Shown piece after piece: positions 1 through 9,613 of a stretch of 36,291 nucleotides of DNA. Position 1 is the stretch's first letter. The number at the start of each line of letters is the position of its first letter. The translations under genes were made by a program, and so were the position numbers. Below the pieces are notes generated by a model that saw only the letters and a list, made by a program, of their open reading frames with translations, did no database searches and was not told where the DNA came from. This stretch comes from Sulfurimonadaceae bacterium (lineage in GTDB: Bacteria; Campylobacterota; Campylobacteria; Campylobacterales; Sulfurimonadaceae). The stretch spans positions 1-36,291 of the forward strand of contig JBFEXS010000007.1 of NCBI GenBank assembly GCA_041562555.1, given 5' to 3'.

Positions 1-265
1 CCAAAGAGTAATAAGCTACAAGTGAATTCGTACGGATCAGGGATATTTTCGTAGCTATCATCGCAAAGACCAAAGAGATCGGAAACAAAATATCTAGCGC
101 ATAATAAGAGCGGAAAAGTGTATATAGAAGCTTCAAGTTGGCAGAATCGGGAAGTGAGCTCAAGTTATCCATGACATCAAAACCCACAAAGAAAAGTACG
201 AGTGCAAGCACTATAATACCCACATATTTCAAATATAATAAGGAAATGTTTTTAAATGCTAACAC
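1..265 (-). CDS. LptF/LptG family LPS export permease, 5' part (runs off the window edge)
   Basis: Not in the ORF track. Manual translation from GTG at 265 gives MLAFKNISLLYLKYVGIIVLALVLFFVGFDVMDNLSSLPDSANLKLLY...LFPISLVFAMIATKISLIRTNSLVAYYSLG, the typical YjgP/YjgQ N-terminal pattern. AAGGA lies upstream. Confidence 0.8.
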   Translation of the reverse strand, partial: MLAFKNISLLYLKYVGIIVLALVLFFVGFDVMDNLSSLPDSANLKLLYTLFRSYYALDILFPISLVFAMIATKISLIRTNSLVAYYSL

Positions 266-310
266 CGGTTTTCATCCTTCTCATACATGCCATACAGACT
301 GTTGAGTATA

Positions 311-874
311 CTATTGAGCGCAGTCTGACCTTTTGATAGAGTGCAAGGAAGCTATTTTTTCCCAATCGCCATCAATCATCTCTTCGATTGCATCTGCTGC
401 CTTGTTGATCCATGACTCAAGACAAGGTTCTTCTTTTTGTGAAAAGGATGATAACACAAAAGAGGAGACTTCCCCCTTATTTTTCGGTCGCCCTATTCCC
501 ATTCGTACACGAATGTATTCTTTTGTAATGGCTGAATCCGTCGATTTAAGGCCGTTATGACCGCCGTGACCGCCCCCAAGCTTAAAACGAAGGGCACCAA
601 AGGGAAGATCCAGGTCATCATGGATAACAATGGTACGATGCGTCTTGTAAAAATGCTTTACCTTGGCAATACTTTTACCCGACAGGTTCATATATGTTGT
701 AGGCTTAAGTAAGATCGCTTTGGAAGTTTTATAGGTATCACCCTGAAAACTCTTTTTAGTCACTTCTTGATGGGGATTTCTGCTTAACAGCTCATCAATA
801 ACCATAAAACCGATATTATGTCGGGTTTTCTCATATTCTATGCCAGGATTACCTAGACCAACAATAAGTGTCAT
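311..874 (-). CDS. pth: Peptidyl-tRNA hydrolase
   Basis: Motifs LIVGLGNPG, TRHNIGF, KPTTYMNLSG, HDDLD and GGHNGLKS. Start moved to ATG 874 (MTLIVGLGNPG). Follows rplY as usual. Confidence 0.96.
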   Translation of the reverse strand: MTLIVGLGNPGIEYEKTRHNIGFMVIDELLSRNPHQEVTKKSFQGDTYKTSKAILLKPTTYMNLSGKSIAKVKHFYKTHRTIVIHDDLDLPFGALRFKLGGGHGGHNGLKSTDSAITKEYIRVRMGIGRPKNKGEVSSFVLSSFSQKEEPCLESWINKAADAIEEMIDGDWEKIASLHSIKRSDCAQ

Positions 875-900
875 CTGTCTGTTTTTACGGGGGAAAGAGG

Positions 901-925
901 GAAAAAGGGCAGAAAGCACCCCTTT
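901..925 (-). terminator. Possible imperfect terminator hairpin between rplY and pth
   Basis: Minus strand reads AAAGGGGTGC-TTTCT-GCCCTTTTT followed by a pyrimidine tract. The stem is bulged. Confidence 0.35.
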
Positions 926-942
926 AAGTTTCAAAGCGATGA

Positions 943-1479
943 TTACTTCGCTTTGATGATACTTAGAACAGATACACGATCTGCGTCTAAGAACTGAACA
1001 TTAGCAGGTGCTTCCAGGTCACGGATAAGAACTGAATCACCAAGGTCTAATGGTGCAACGTTGATAGCGATGCTTGACGGAAGATCTTCAACTTTTGCAC
1101 GTACCGCAAGGCGTTTCTTAGCGATATGTAACATACCTTTGTTTTTAAGACCGATCGGGTCACCTTGTGCATCAACCGGAACCATATATCTTGTAACAAC
1201 ACCTGGTTGAGCAACCATAAGGTCCACGTGTACTAACTCACCGCTTAACGGGTGTGATTGATACTCTTGTACAACAACTTTAAGCTCTTTACCACCTACG
1301 TTTACATCAAATGCGATCGTTTCTTTATTTCTAACTGTACGGATATAATCATTTGATTTGAATGCAGCTTGGATGTTTTCTAAGCCTTTTCCATAGATGT
1401 TAGCAATAAGATAACCATCTCGGCGAAGTGCTTTAGCGTCCTTCTTACCAATACTCTCTCTAATAATGCCTTCTAGCAT
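943..1479 (-). CDS. rplY: 50S ribosomal protein L25 / general stress protein Ctc
   Basis: R-x-x-x-GK...LRRDG...IYGKG N-terminus, HVDL motif, Ctc-length C-terminal domain, AAGGA RBS, adjacent to pth. Confidence 0.95.
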   Translation of the reverse strand: MLEGIIRESIGKKDAKALRRDGYLIANIYGKGLENIQAAFKSNDYIRTVRNKETIAFDVNVGGKELKVVVQEYQSHPLSGELVHVDLMVAQPGVVTRYMVPVDAQGDPIGLKNKGMLHIAKKRLAVRAKVEDLPSSIAINVAPLDLGDSVLIRDLEAPANVQFLDADRVSVLSIIKAK

Positions 1480-1506
1480 GTTGTGTCCTTTAAAAAAATG
1501 TGGCGA

Positions 1507-1512
1507 ATTATA
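1507..1512 (-). promoter_or_regulatory. Sigma70 -10 box for rplY-pth
   Basis: TATAAT on the minus strand about 28 nt upstream of the rplY start, within AT-rich sequence. Confidence 0.6.
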
Positions 1513-1543
1513 GCTTAATGGTTTTTAAAATAAGATAAAACTT

Positions 1544-1573
1544 AAAAGGAAAAGTGAGAGACGCTACTCTCAC
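1544..1573 (-). terminator. Rho-independent terminator after tal-pilT
   Basis: Minus strand GTGAGAG-TAGCGT-CTCTCAC (perfect 7-bp stem) followed by TTTTCCTTTT, 12 nt after the stop codon. Confidence 0.75.
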
Positions 1574-1585
1574 ACCTGAAGTATG

Positions 1586-2824
1586 CTACTGCTTAATATC
1601 GAAGATCTCATCCTCATCAAAGACCTTCTCTACTTTTTCCGGTGCCTCTTCACCTTCGGCAAGTGGCGCTTCTTTGGTCATCGTTGAAGCCAGACCTTCC
1701 ATGCGAAGTTTAAGGTCAGATGCAGATGTTGCATAGGTGAAGGCCTCTTCTTTTGAGATCCTTTCCGCCTGATACAGGTCTAAGATACCCTGGTCAAAAC
1801 TTTGTGAACCATAAATCTCCTTACCTTCTTCGATGGCATCTTTGATCTCAACATCACGCCCTTCCATGATCAACTGCTCGATACGCGGTGTACGGACCAG
1901 CACTTCTACTGCCGCGGTACGCTTTCCATCAAGTGTCGGGATCAGACGTTGCGAAACGATTCCCTGGATAACCGATGACATCGTCAGACGTACACGGTTC
2001 TGCTCCTCACCCGGGAACATCGAGATGATACGGTTAATCGTCTCCTTTGCATCAAGGGTGTGCAGAGTTGAAAAGACCAGGTGACCCGTATCTGCGGCAT
2101 GCAGAGCAATTTCAATGGTCTCAAGGTCACGCATTTCCCCGACCAGGATGATATCAGGATCCTGACGAAGAGCTGCACGGAGCGCAGAGGAGAAGTTATG
2201 CGTATCTTGCCCGATACTTCTTTGGTTAACAATACACTTTCGATCTTTATGGACGAACTCGATCGGGTCCTCAATCGTCATGATATGTTTACGTTTTTTC
2301 CAATTGATCTCATTGATAATCGCAGCCAATGTCGTCGATTTACCCGAACCTGTAACCCCTGTTACAAGGACTAATCCACGTTCCACCTCGGTAAAACGGC
2401 GAATGACTGAAGGAAGGTTCAGGTCATCAATCGAAAGAATCTTAACGGGAATAACCCTGAATACAGCCGATACCCCATCCATTTGAAAAAAGATATTCAC
2501 ACGAAAACGCGTCTTCTCATCATATGGATAAACAAGGTCAAGCTCCTTATTCTTCACAAACTCGTTAAAACGCCCGCGCAATAACTCCTTCGCAAAAGTA
2601 AGTGCGTCCTCTTTGGAAAGGATCTCTCCCGAAAGGGGAATAATATCCCCGTTAATACGTGCGCGTACCACCGAATTTGCTTTGATATGCAAATCCGATC
2701 CGCCTGCATCGATCATACGTTGAAGGTATCCACGGATCTTTTTGAGAGTCTCAAAGGTCAACTGCTGGACATTAGGATTTGCTGCCGGAGCTCTTCGCTC
2801 TACACTTGGTTGTTGTTCTGACAT
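1586..2824 (-). CDS. PilT/PilU family type IV pilus retraction ATPase
   Basis: SDLHI, RFRVNIF, Walker A GVTGSGKST, TIEDPIE, ALRQDPDIILVGEMRD and His box TGHLVFSTLH. Confidence 0.92.
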   Translation of the reverse strand: MSEQQPSVERRAPAANPNVQQLTFETLKKIRGYLQRMIDAGGSDLHIKANSVVRARINGDIIPLSGEILSKEDALTFAKELLRGRFNEFVKNKELDLVYPYDEKTRFRVNIFFQMDGVSAVFRVIPVKILSIDDLNLPSVIRRFTEVERGLVLVTGVTGSGKSTTLAAIINEINWKKRKHIMTIEDPIEFVHKDRKCIVNQRSIGQDTHNFSSALRAALRQDPDIILVGEMRDLETIEIALHAADTGHLVFSTLHTLDAKETINRIISMFPGEEQNRVRLTMSSVIQGIVSQRLIPTLDGKRTAAVEVLVRTPRIEQLIMEGRDVEIKDAIEEGKEIYGSQSFDQGILDLYQAERISKEEAFTYATSASDLKLRMEGLASTMTKEAPLAEGEEAPEKVEKVFDEDEIFDIKQ

Positions 2825-2826
2825 CG

Positions 2827-3807
2827 CTACTCCAATTCTTTTAAGATTTGTGCAAATGCATCTTTAAACTGTTCTAATCCATCCGCTTTCAATTCAGCAA
2901 GTGCGGCATCAAAATCGATATCTGCTTGCTGCAGGCTGTGTAGATGTGTATTTATCTCTTCCTCATTAAGCGGAAGCTTCTCACTCATATCACCATTGGA
3001 AACAACAGCATGAATTGTCTCAATCGGTGCCGTATTCACACAATTGATACCGATCAGTTCATCCACATAATACGAAGGGATATAGTCATCCCCCTTTACC
3101 CCGGTACTTGCAAAGAGTACACGGCATCTCGGGACATTCATCGTCGAAACAATATTATAAATACGTGCGGCATTATAGATGCCAAGTTTACCCTGAGCCA
3201 GACCTGCATTCTTCATCTTCTCATCCAGAAGTCTGTCAATACGTGAGACAAAGACAGAGATGACCGTATATACTGCCGTAGCTGAACGTTCAGCACCTTT
3301 GGCAAAGGCTTTGGCACACGCCATCGCATCAGCAAGTGAGAAAATAAGTGTAGCATTGACATGGATACCCATGGCTGTCAACTCTTCCATAGCTCTGAAA
3401 CCAGCCTGTGTAGCCGGGACTTTGATCATCACGTTTTCACGGTCTATCATCTTATAAAGACGCTCACCCTCAGCAATCGTACCCTCGGCATCGTCGCACA
3501 GATTCGGGTCTACCTCGATACTGACAAATCCGTCATCGCCGGCTGTATAAAGAGGTTTCAAAATATCAGCCGCCTTTTGGATATCCGTAATGGCCAATGC
3601 TTCATATTTCTCTTTGGGTGAACCATCGAGAGTCGCCAGCTGTTCTTTGTACGCGGGTGATGTCAAAATCGCATTTTTAAATATTGCCGGATTGGATGTT
3701 GCCCCGTTGATAATCTTTTTCTCAATCAGTTCTTTAAACTCGCCATCGAGGTAATCACGCTCGATGAAATCTGCCCAGAGCGAAAAATTCAGTGATTCGA
3801 TATACAT
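2827..3807 (-). CDS. tal: Transaldolase
   Basis: GATSNPAIF, VSIEVDP, Schiff-base motif MIKVPAT, VNATLIFS, SVFVSRID and LFASTGVK. Confidence 0.95.
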   Translation of the reverse strand: MYIESLNFSLWADFIERDYLDGEFKELIEKKIINGATSNPAIFKNAILTSPAYKEQLATLDGSPKEKYEALAITDIQKAADILKPLYTAGDDGFVSIEVDPNLCDDAEGTIAEGERLYKMIDRENVMIKVPATQAGFRAMEELTAMGIHVNATLIFSLADAMACAKAFAKGAERSATAVYTVISVFVSRIDRLLDEKMKNAGLAQGKLGIYNAARIYNIVSTMNVPRCRVLFASTGVKGDDYIPSYYVDELIGINCVNTAPIETIHAVVSNGDMSEKLPLNEEEINTHLHSLQQADIDFDAALAELKADGLEQFKDAFAQILKELE

Positions 3808-3843
3808 ATTTTTAATGCCTTGTCATTTTGTAAAAGTACGTCT

Positions 3844-3849
3844 ATTATA
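3844..3849 (-). promoter_or_regulatory. Sigma70 -10 box for tal-pilT
   Basis: TATAAT on the minus strand about 36 nt upstream of the tal start. Confidence 0.5.
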
Positions 3850-3871
3850 ACTCATTCTCGTTACATTATCT

Positions 3872-5701
3872 TTAAAAAAAGTAATCCAAACTCAATTTAA
3901 ATGTATTCCACTCCTCTTTTTCAACAAGAGGAGCTTTCTGGACATAGTCATATTGCAGTTTTAACGCCAAATTATTAGCCAATCGAATATTTTGTGATAC
4001 TTTTCCTAGCCACTGTTCCTCTCCATTATCATAGAAACGGTGTGTTCCTTCCATGCTCGTCTTGAACATCTTTCCTTCATATAATGCTGCTCCCGCGCTT
4101 GTACCCACAGCCGCATAAAATTTGGAAGTCATATAAAAGAGGGGATCAAGTGTGAAATAGACGTATCCATACTCATTCCCCCAACTCAAACCTCCTCCAA
4201 CCGAGGTCATGAAACGACTTTTATCATCTAAAAAATCCGTATCCCAACCACTCTTCATACGCCAGGAAAAAGGTTGGAAGAAATCACTTCTTGGTGCAAT
4301 GGAGACAATAGATAAGAGCGTGAGTTTTTCCAGCCTGAGCTTCTCATCTTCATAACGTACGAGCGTGTCTAAAAATTCAATCTGTGTCCCCCGCATATAC
4401 CCTACATCACTGTCGTAGATATCATGATTTGCCGGTCGCCAGCCAAGGAACTGGGCAGCTGAACCGTTACGCCATCCCGTCTGTGCAGTAAGTCGTGTCG
4501 ACTGATGTCCTTCCAAGGGATTCGCAGGCTCTTGAATAGGAAGTTTTTCCCCTTTTCCCAGTGTTGAACGCTGGGTTAAGATACTGCGTGAATATCGTAG
4601 ATAATCTTCCTTGTTCACCGCTGCATTCATATAATAATATTGATTCAGTTCCGAAGCCGCCTCAAGGATATAGCGTCGTGTCTGCATATCAAGCATCTCA
4701 TCTTTGCTGATCGCCTCCGGATCCAATATACCTTGAGCGAGTGAGACACTCTGTTCCCGTTCATCCGAATCAAGCACTTCCTCATAGGCCAAAAGCGTGG
4801 TACGCTTCGAAGGACGGTAATGCATTGCATCAACAATACCGCTCTTATAGATTGTATGTACTGTCTCAGGAGGGATCACGTGATAAGTAAAGTCCTCACG
4901 CAGATGAACACTTTCACGGGCAACTTCGATCAGCCAAAGCATATTGTATGAACAATTCTCATCAAAGAAATAATACCAGGAATAGGTGTCTTTCAATTCC
5001 CAGATGTGTCGTACCATCTGCATCACTTCTTCCGGCGTAAGGTCAAGATCATACTCCCAGATATCACGCTGATCACTATCCCGGTACTCTTTGAGTTTCT
5101 CATAATAAGGAAGTAATGAATAGTTCCCGTGATATCCTCCAAGGAGACCCTTGATGGCAAAGAGGAAGCCATTTTCCTTATCCGGATCTGCGCCCGCTGC
5201 ATAGTTGATAGCAAACGAGAGCATCTTCGACTCATAGGAAGAATCAATACGAATAAATGTATGCCCGAACATCGATGCGGGAGAGTTTACATGGGCAAAA
5301 GGGAAAACAAGTGTCGCAGATTGAGGGTCCATCCGTTTAACAAGGGCGTCAAACGCTTTACATTCGACTTTCGGCAACCCCTCTAATCCCAACTCCTGTG
5401 TTAACCACTGCTTTCGGGCAGGAAAACGACATGCCGTTGCCTTATCATCAAACGAGGTCTCATTATACAGCGCCTCAATTGTAGCTTCCAATTCAGCCTT
5501 AGGGTTCTCAAAGCCCTCCTCTGAAAGGAAGAAATGTGCATCATCGATCTCACTTGTACCACCTATACTCGGTGTATGCAACAATAGGTGCCAATATCGA
5601 TCTTCAAAGAGCTTCTTGTCATCCGCCAGGGAAATATACTTCAGACTATCAGCATATGACACCGTTATACAAAAGCTTATAAAAAAGAAAAAACGTAACA
5701 A
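3872..5701 (-). CDS. DUF4105 (Lnb N-terminal-like) domain protein with signal peptide and probable C-terminal outer-membrane beta-barrel
   Basis: WxxLLH, CRFPAR, PASMFGHTFIRID, YRDSDQRDIWEYDL and YYFFDENCSY are typical of DUF4105 proteins. The C-terminal third shows amphipathic strands ending LSLDYFF. Confidence 0.8.
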   Translation of the reverse strand: MLRFFFFISFCITVSYADSLKYISLADDKKLFEDRYWHLLLHTPSIGGTSEIDDAHFFLSEEGFENPKAELEATIEALYNETSFDDKATACRFPARKQWLTQELGLEGLPKVECKAFDALVKRMDPQSATLVFPFAHVNSPASMFGHTFIRIDSSYESKMLSFAINYAAGADPDKENGFLFAIKGLLGGYHGNYSLLPYYEKLKEYRDSDQRDIWEYDLDLTPEEVMQMVRHIWELKDTYSWYYFFDENCSYNMLWLIEVARESVHLREDFTYHVIPPETVHTIYKSGIVDAMHYRPSKRTTLLAYEEVLDSDEREQSVSLAQGILDPEAISKDEMLDMQTRRYILEAASELNQYYYMNAAVNKEDYLRYSRSILTQRSTLGKGEKLPIQEPANPLEGHQSTRLTAQTGWRNGSAAQFLGWRPANHDIYDSDVGYMRGTQIEFLDTLVRYEDEKLRLEKLTLLSIVSIAPRSDFFQPFSWRMKSGWDTDFLDDKSRFMTSVGGGLSWGNEYGYVYFTLDPLFYMTSKFYAAVGTSAGAALYEGKMFKTSMEGTHRFYDNGEEQWLGKVSQNIRLANNLALKLQYDYVQKAPLVEKEEWNTFKLSLDYFF

Positions 5702-5735
5702 AGAGGAGACCTTTGAAGATAAATAGGTGAAGGGC

Positions 5736-5759
5736 TTACAAACGGATTCCCGTTTGTAA
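5736..5759 (-). other. Perfect 10-bp stem-loop between DUF3015 and DUF4105 genes
   Basis: TTACAAACGG-ATTC-CCGTTTGTAA, with no U-tract in the direction of transcription. Confidence 0.7.
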
Positions 5760-5766
5760 AATGAAA

Positions 5767-6207
5767 TTAGCTAGCAGAGATTGTATCTAGAACCTCAGCC
5801 ATTTTCACATCATCTTTAGAGTAGATGCTGTTATAGTTTGCTTGAAGAGCAGATGCGAATGCTTCTTTGTCTTCTACCGAAAGTAACTCAGCCAAAGTGT
5901 CTACTGACTCACCGTGTCCCATTGCGATCTCTTTTGCAAGCTGATCCATGTTAGAAGCAACAAACTCTTCAGCACGCTCATTCATAACAATCTTAGTTTT
6001 CTTACATCCTGAAGTACCTGAAGTAATACCAAAAGTCTGGTTTGCTGATGTTCCGTTTGTTGTTGCCTGAAGTGCCAGCATTAGTGCTGTAGAATCATCT
6101 TTAATGATCATAGAACCAAGACCACAACCTGTTTGTGCGTTAACACCAGCCATTGCTGCTGAGCTTAATGCTGCTACTGCAGCAATACTTACGATTAACT
6201 TTTTCAT
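5767..6207 (-). CDS. DUF3015 family exported protein
   Basis: Signal peptide MKKLIVSIAAVAALSSAAMA, followed by GCGLG, TTNGTS-NQTFGITSGTSGC and LAKEIAMGHGE motifs. GGAG RBS. Confidence 0.85.
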   Translation of the reverse strand: MKKLIVSIAAVAALSSAAMAGVNAQTGCGLGSMIIKDDSTALMLALQATTNGTSANQTFGITSGTSGCKKTKIVMNERAEEFVASNMDQLAKEIAMGHGESVDTLAELLSVEDKEAFASALQANYNSIYSKDDVKMAEVLDTISAS

Positions 6208-6279
6208 TCATTTCTCCATTGATTAAGATGGAATCAGTTTAAAACTATTAAACTTAAAATCAGCTAATATTTATCAATA

Positions 6280-6298
6280 TTTGATGACATTCATCAAA
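6280..6298. promoter_or_regulatory. Palindromic putative operator upstream of the DUF3015 gene
   Basis: TTTGATGA-CAT-TCATCAAA, perfect 8-bp arms. Confidence 0.4.
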
Positions 6299-6326
6299 CA
6301 AAAGCCTATAATCATCAAGATGTAAC

Positions 6327-7001
6327 CTAATGCCATTTTTCCAAAGTAAACGGTTTGTTAACACTCCTGGTAAGATGCTGCATAAACTCTACACGACTGA
6401 TCTCACGCGCGCCCAAAGATTGTAAATGCTTAGATGAAATCTGACAGTCGATCATCTCTACTCCATCTGCTTTCAATCTTTCTACCAGATCTGCAAAAGC
6501 GACCTTGGAAGCATCACTTACTTTGGCAAACATCGATTCTCCAAAAAACACTTTTCCGATACAGACACCGTAAAGTCCACCGACAAGCTTACCCTCCTGC
6601 CATGCTTCCACGCTATGTGCATACCCCATATCGTGTAATATACTATACCCTTCTATGACTTCGGGAATGATCCAGGTCCCTTCTTGCCCGTCTCTGGGGG
6701 CACATGCACATTCATGCATCACCTGTGTAAACACCGTGTCATAACGGACCTCAAAATGTTTTATCCGTTTTTTAAGGGATTTTCGAAGAATAAACTCATC
6801 GGTATAGAGTACAAGACGGGGATCAGGAGACCACCATAATATTGGGTCACCTGTATTGTACCAAGGAAAAATACCGTTTTTATACGCCAAGATCAATCGT
6901 TTGGGACTGAGATCTCCCCCGTAAGCCAAAAGCCCATCCTCAGTCGCAGAAGAGACAGGGGGAAAAGAGAGTTCATTGCGGATATAGGGGATCTGGATCA
7001 A
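6327..7001 (-). CDS. aat: Leucyl/phenylalanyl-tRNA--protein transferase
   Basis: GLLAYGGDL, AYKNGIFPW, WWSPDPR, AHSVEAW, LVGGLYGV, FFGESMF, DASK and IDCQ. Confidence 0.96.
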   Translation of the reverse strand: MIQIPYIRNELSFPPVSSATEDGLLAYGGDLSPKRLILAYKNGIFPWYNTGDPILWWSPDPRLVLYTDEFILRKSLKKRIKHFEVRYDTVFTQVMHECACAPRDGQEGTWIIPEVIEGYSILHDMGYAHSVEAWQEGKLVGGLYGVCIGKVFFGESMFAKVSDASKVAFADLVERLKADGVEMIDCQISSKHLQSLGAREISRVEFMQHLTRSVNKPFTLEKWH

Positions 7002-7012
7002 AAGCCTTCTCT

Positions 7013-9193
7013 CTAGCTGACTGCCTCTTTTAAGACAACTTCACCTTCTTCGATATCAACTTCAATCTCACCTTTGATACCTTCAAACAACAGCTTGTCT
7101 GTCAACGGGTTTTTCAATTCGTCTTGAATAAGTCGGTTAAGAGGACGTGCGCCCATCTCTTTGTCATACCCTTTTTCAGCAAAATATGTTTTTGCCTTGG
7201 CAGTCAGTACAACAGATATCTTCTTCGCTTTGAGCTGTTCGTTCAACTGTGCGACAAACTTATCGACGACACCTTCTACCACTTCCAAACTCAATGGTGC
7301 GAATTCGATTACTGCATCTAAACGATTTCTAAACTCAGGAGTAAAGAAATCCTTCAAAGCCTCATTACGAGAAAGGGAAGAGTCTGAATTGAATCCCATC
7401 ACCGAACGTTCCGTCGCTCCGACATTTGAGGTCATGATGATAACAACATTTTTAAAACTTGCCTTGAAGCCGTTATTATCTGTCAAGCTGGCATTATCCA
7501 TCACCTGGAGCAAGATGTTGATAAGTTCAGGATGCGCTTTTTCGATCTCATCTAAAAGCAATACCATATAAGGATGCTTTCGTGCCGCCTCAGTCAAAAG
7601 ACCGCCCTGTTCATATCCTACATACCCCGGAGGTGCACCTACTAAACGGGAAAGTGCATGTTTCTCCATATACTCACTCATATCGAAACGTTCAAAATGT
7701 ACTCCCAAGGTCTCCGCCAGGCTCTTCGCCAGTTCTGTCTTACCAACTCCTGTCGGACCGGCAAAAAGGAAGGATGCGATAGGACGGTCATCCGGATTCA
7801 GACCGGCACGGGAACGCTTGACCGCCTGTGATACCAACTCGACAGCTCTGTCCTGTCCGATAACCATTTTTTTGATATCGGCTTCTAGTGTTTTGAGTTT
7901 TGATGTATCGTCTTCACTGATACGTGATGTCGGAACGCCGGTTATTTTTGAAATAATACGCTCAACATCATGAGGTGTGACCGTTGCACGCTTTTTCTTA
8001 AGCAGATGAAAGGATGCTCCTGCCTCATCGATCAGGTCAATTGCAACGTCCGGTAAAAAACGGTCCGTGATATATTTTTTGGACAGTTCTACTGCAGAGC
8101 GTAGAGTCTTATCCGTATATTTTACCTTATGGTGTTCCTCATATTTCGGACGGATTCCCTTGAGAATCAGTACGGAATCCTCAAAAGACGGTTCATTGAT
8201 ATCTATCTTGGCAAAGCGACGTGAGAGCGCACGATCTTTTTCAAAGATATTTCTAAACTCCGAATAGGTCGTCGCACCCATACATTTCATCGCACCTGAG
8301 GCCAAAGCCGGTTTAAGCTGATTAGAGGCGTCCATACTTCCACCGTTGACTGCTCCTGCACCCACAAGGGTATGAATCTCATCGATGAACAATATCGCAT
8401 TAGGCTGTTTCTTGATCTCGTCCATCACCCCTTTAAGACGCTTCTCGAAATCACCACGATATTTCGTTCCTGCCAACATCGCACCCAGATCAAGGGCATA
8501 CAGGGAAGAATTTTTGATGATGTCCGGCACATCCTGATTGACGATACGAAGTGCCAAGCCTTCGGCGATAGCCGTCTTACCCACCCCTGGTTCACCTACA
8601 AAAAGCGGATTATTCTTCTTACGTCGACATAAGGTCTGCACAACCCTTTCGATCTCCGTCTCCCGCCCTATAACCGGATCGATCTTTCCTGAACGGGCTG
8701 CGTCCAACAGATCCATGGTATATTTACTCAAGAAAGTCTCATCCTGCTCTTCAGATCCAGACATATTGACGTCTTCATGAGAGATAACTTCCAATATATC
8801 TACCCGTGAGATATCCTGCTGTTCCAAGAGCGCCAATGCATAAGAGTGCTTCTCTTCAAACAGTGCTGCCAACAGGTCTCCCACCGAGGCATGTTCTTTT
8901 TGTGCCGATTGAATATGACGTATCATCTGATCGATCATACGGGAAAGCGCTACCGTCTCAAAGGGTTCTTGCTCCACACCTTCAGGTAGGGGTTCCATAT
9001 TCTGCATCAAAAAAGCTGCCAAAGACTCACGCATAGCATGAACATCTCCCCCGCACTCTTTTAGGATGCGGACCCCTTCATCTGAACTTAAAAGCGCAAA
9101 AAACACATGCTCAATCGTCAGGTATTCATGATGCTGATCTTTCGCATATGTCAGCGCTTTTTGAAAAATTGCATTTAATTCACTACTAATCAT
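7013..9193 (-). CDS. clpA: ATP-dependent Clp protease ATP-binding subunit ClpA
   Basis: HEYLTIEH N-domain, two AAA modules (GEPGVGKT and GPTGVGKT), no ClpB middle domain, downstream of clpS. Confidence 0.96.
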   Translation of the reverse strand: MISSELNAIFQKALTYAKDQHHEYLTIEHVFFALLSSDEGVRILKECGGDVHAMRESLAAFLMQNMEPLPEGVEQEPFETVALSRMIDQMIRHIQSAQKEHASVGDLLAALFEEKHSYALALLEQQDISRVDILEVISHEDVNMSGSEEQDETFLSKYTMDLLDAARSGKIDPVIGRETEIERVVQTLCRRKKNNPLFVGEPGVGKTAIAEGLALRIVNQDVPDIIKNSSLYALDLGAMLAGTKYRGDFEKRLKGVMDEIKKQPNAILFIDEIHTLVGAGAVNGGSMDASNQLKPALASGAMKCMGATTYSEFRNIFEKDRALSRRFAKIDINEPSFEDSVLILKGIRPKYEEHHKVKYTDKTLRSAVELSKKYITDRFLPDVAIDLIDEAGASFHLLKKKRATVTPHDVERIISKITGVPTSRISEDDTSKLKTLEADIKKMVIGQDRAVELVSQAVKRSRAGLNPDDRPIASFLFAGPTGVGKTELAKSLAETLGVHFERFDMSEYMEKHALSRLVGAPPGYVGYEQGGLLTEAARKHPYMVLLLDEIEKAHPELINILLQVMDNASLTDNNGFKASFKNVVIIMTSNVGATERSVMGFNSDSSLSRNEALKDFFTPEFRNRLDAVIEFAPLSLEVVEGVVDKFVAQLNEQLKAKKISVVLTAKAKTYFAEKGYDKEMGARPLNRLIQDELKNPLTDKLLFEGIKGEIEVDIEEGEVVLKEAVS

Positions 9194-9198
9194 TATTT

Positions 9199-9498
9199 TT
9201 ATTCCTCTTCCATGATTGCTTTTAGGGGGAATCCCTGTTCTCTTGATACTTTGGTAACTTGTGCAACCTTTGTCTCTGCTATCTCATATGGATAGACACC
9301 ACAAAGTCCCTTATCATTTTTATGTACTTCAAGCATAATCTTTTCAGACTCTGCGTAGGACTTGTGAAAGATCGTCATTAAAATATCAACGACAAACTCC
9401 ATAGGAGAGTAATCGTCATTTAAAAGCAACACTTTATACCTTTCAGGCTCTTTCAATGCCAATTCATCATCAAATTCCAATGATTTTTTCGTTGCCAA
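9199..9498 (-). CDS. clpS: Clp protease adaptor ClpS
   Basis: YKVLLLNDDYSPMEFV, IMLEVH, YEIAETK and FPL. TTG start with AAGGA RBS. Confidence 0.95.
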   Translation of the reverse strand: MATKKSLEFDDELALKEPERYKVLLLNDDYSPMEFVVDILMTIFHKSYAESEKIMLEVHKNDKGLCGVYPYEIAETKVAQVTKVSREQGFPLKAIMEEE

Positions 9499-9613
9499 AG
9501 TCTATTTCCTTATAGTCTATAAATCTCTATTGTGTGTAATTTATCAAGTAAAGGGTGTGTATTTGCTTAAATGTGGAAATTAATGCATGAGACAGGGGTC
9601 TGCCTCAAAAAAA

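Noticed and set aside
6327..9498. clpS-clpA-aat as a novel system
   Set aside because: This is the well-known N-degron pathway cluster.
9588..9608. Hairpin after the MetY-like gene as a terminator
   Set aside because: A stem exists (GAGGCAG/CTGTCTC on the minus strand), but the U-run precedes rather than follows it, so support is too weak.
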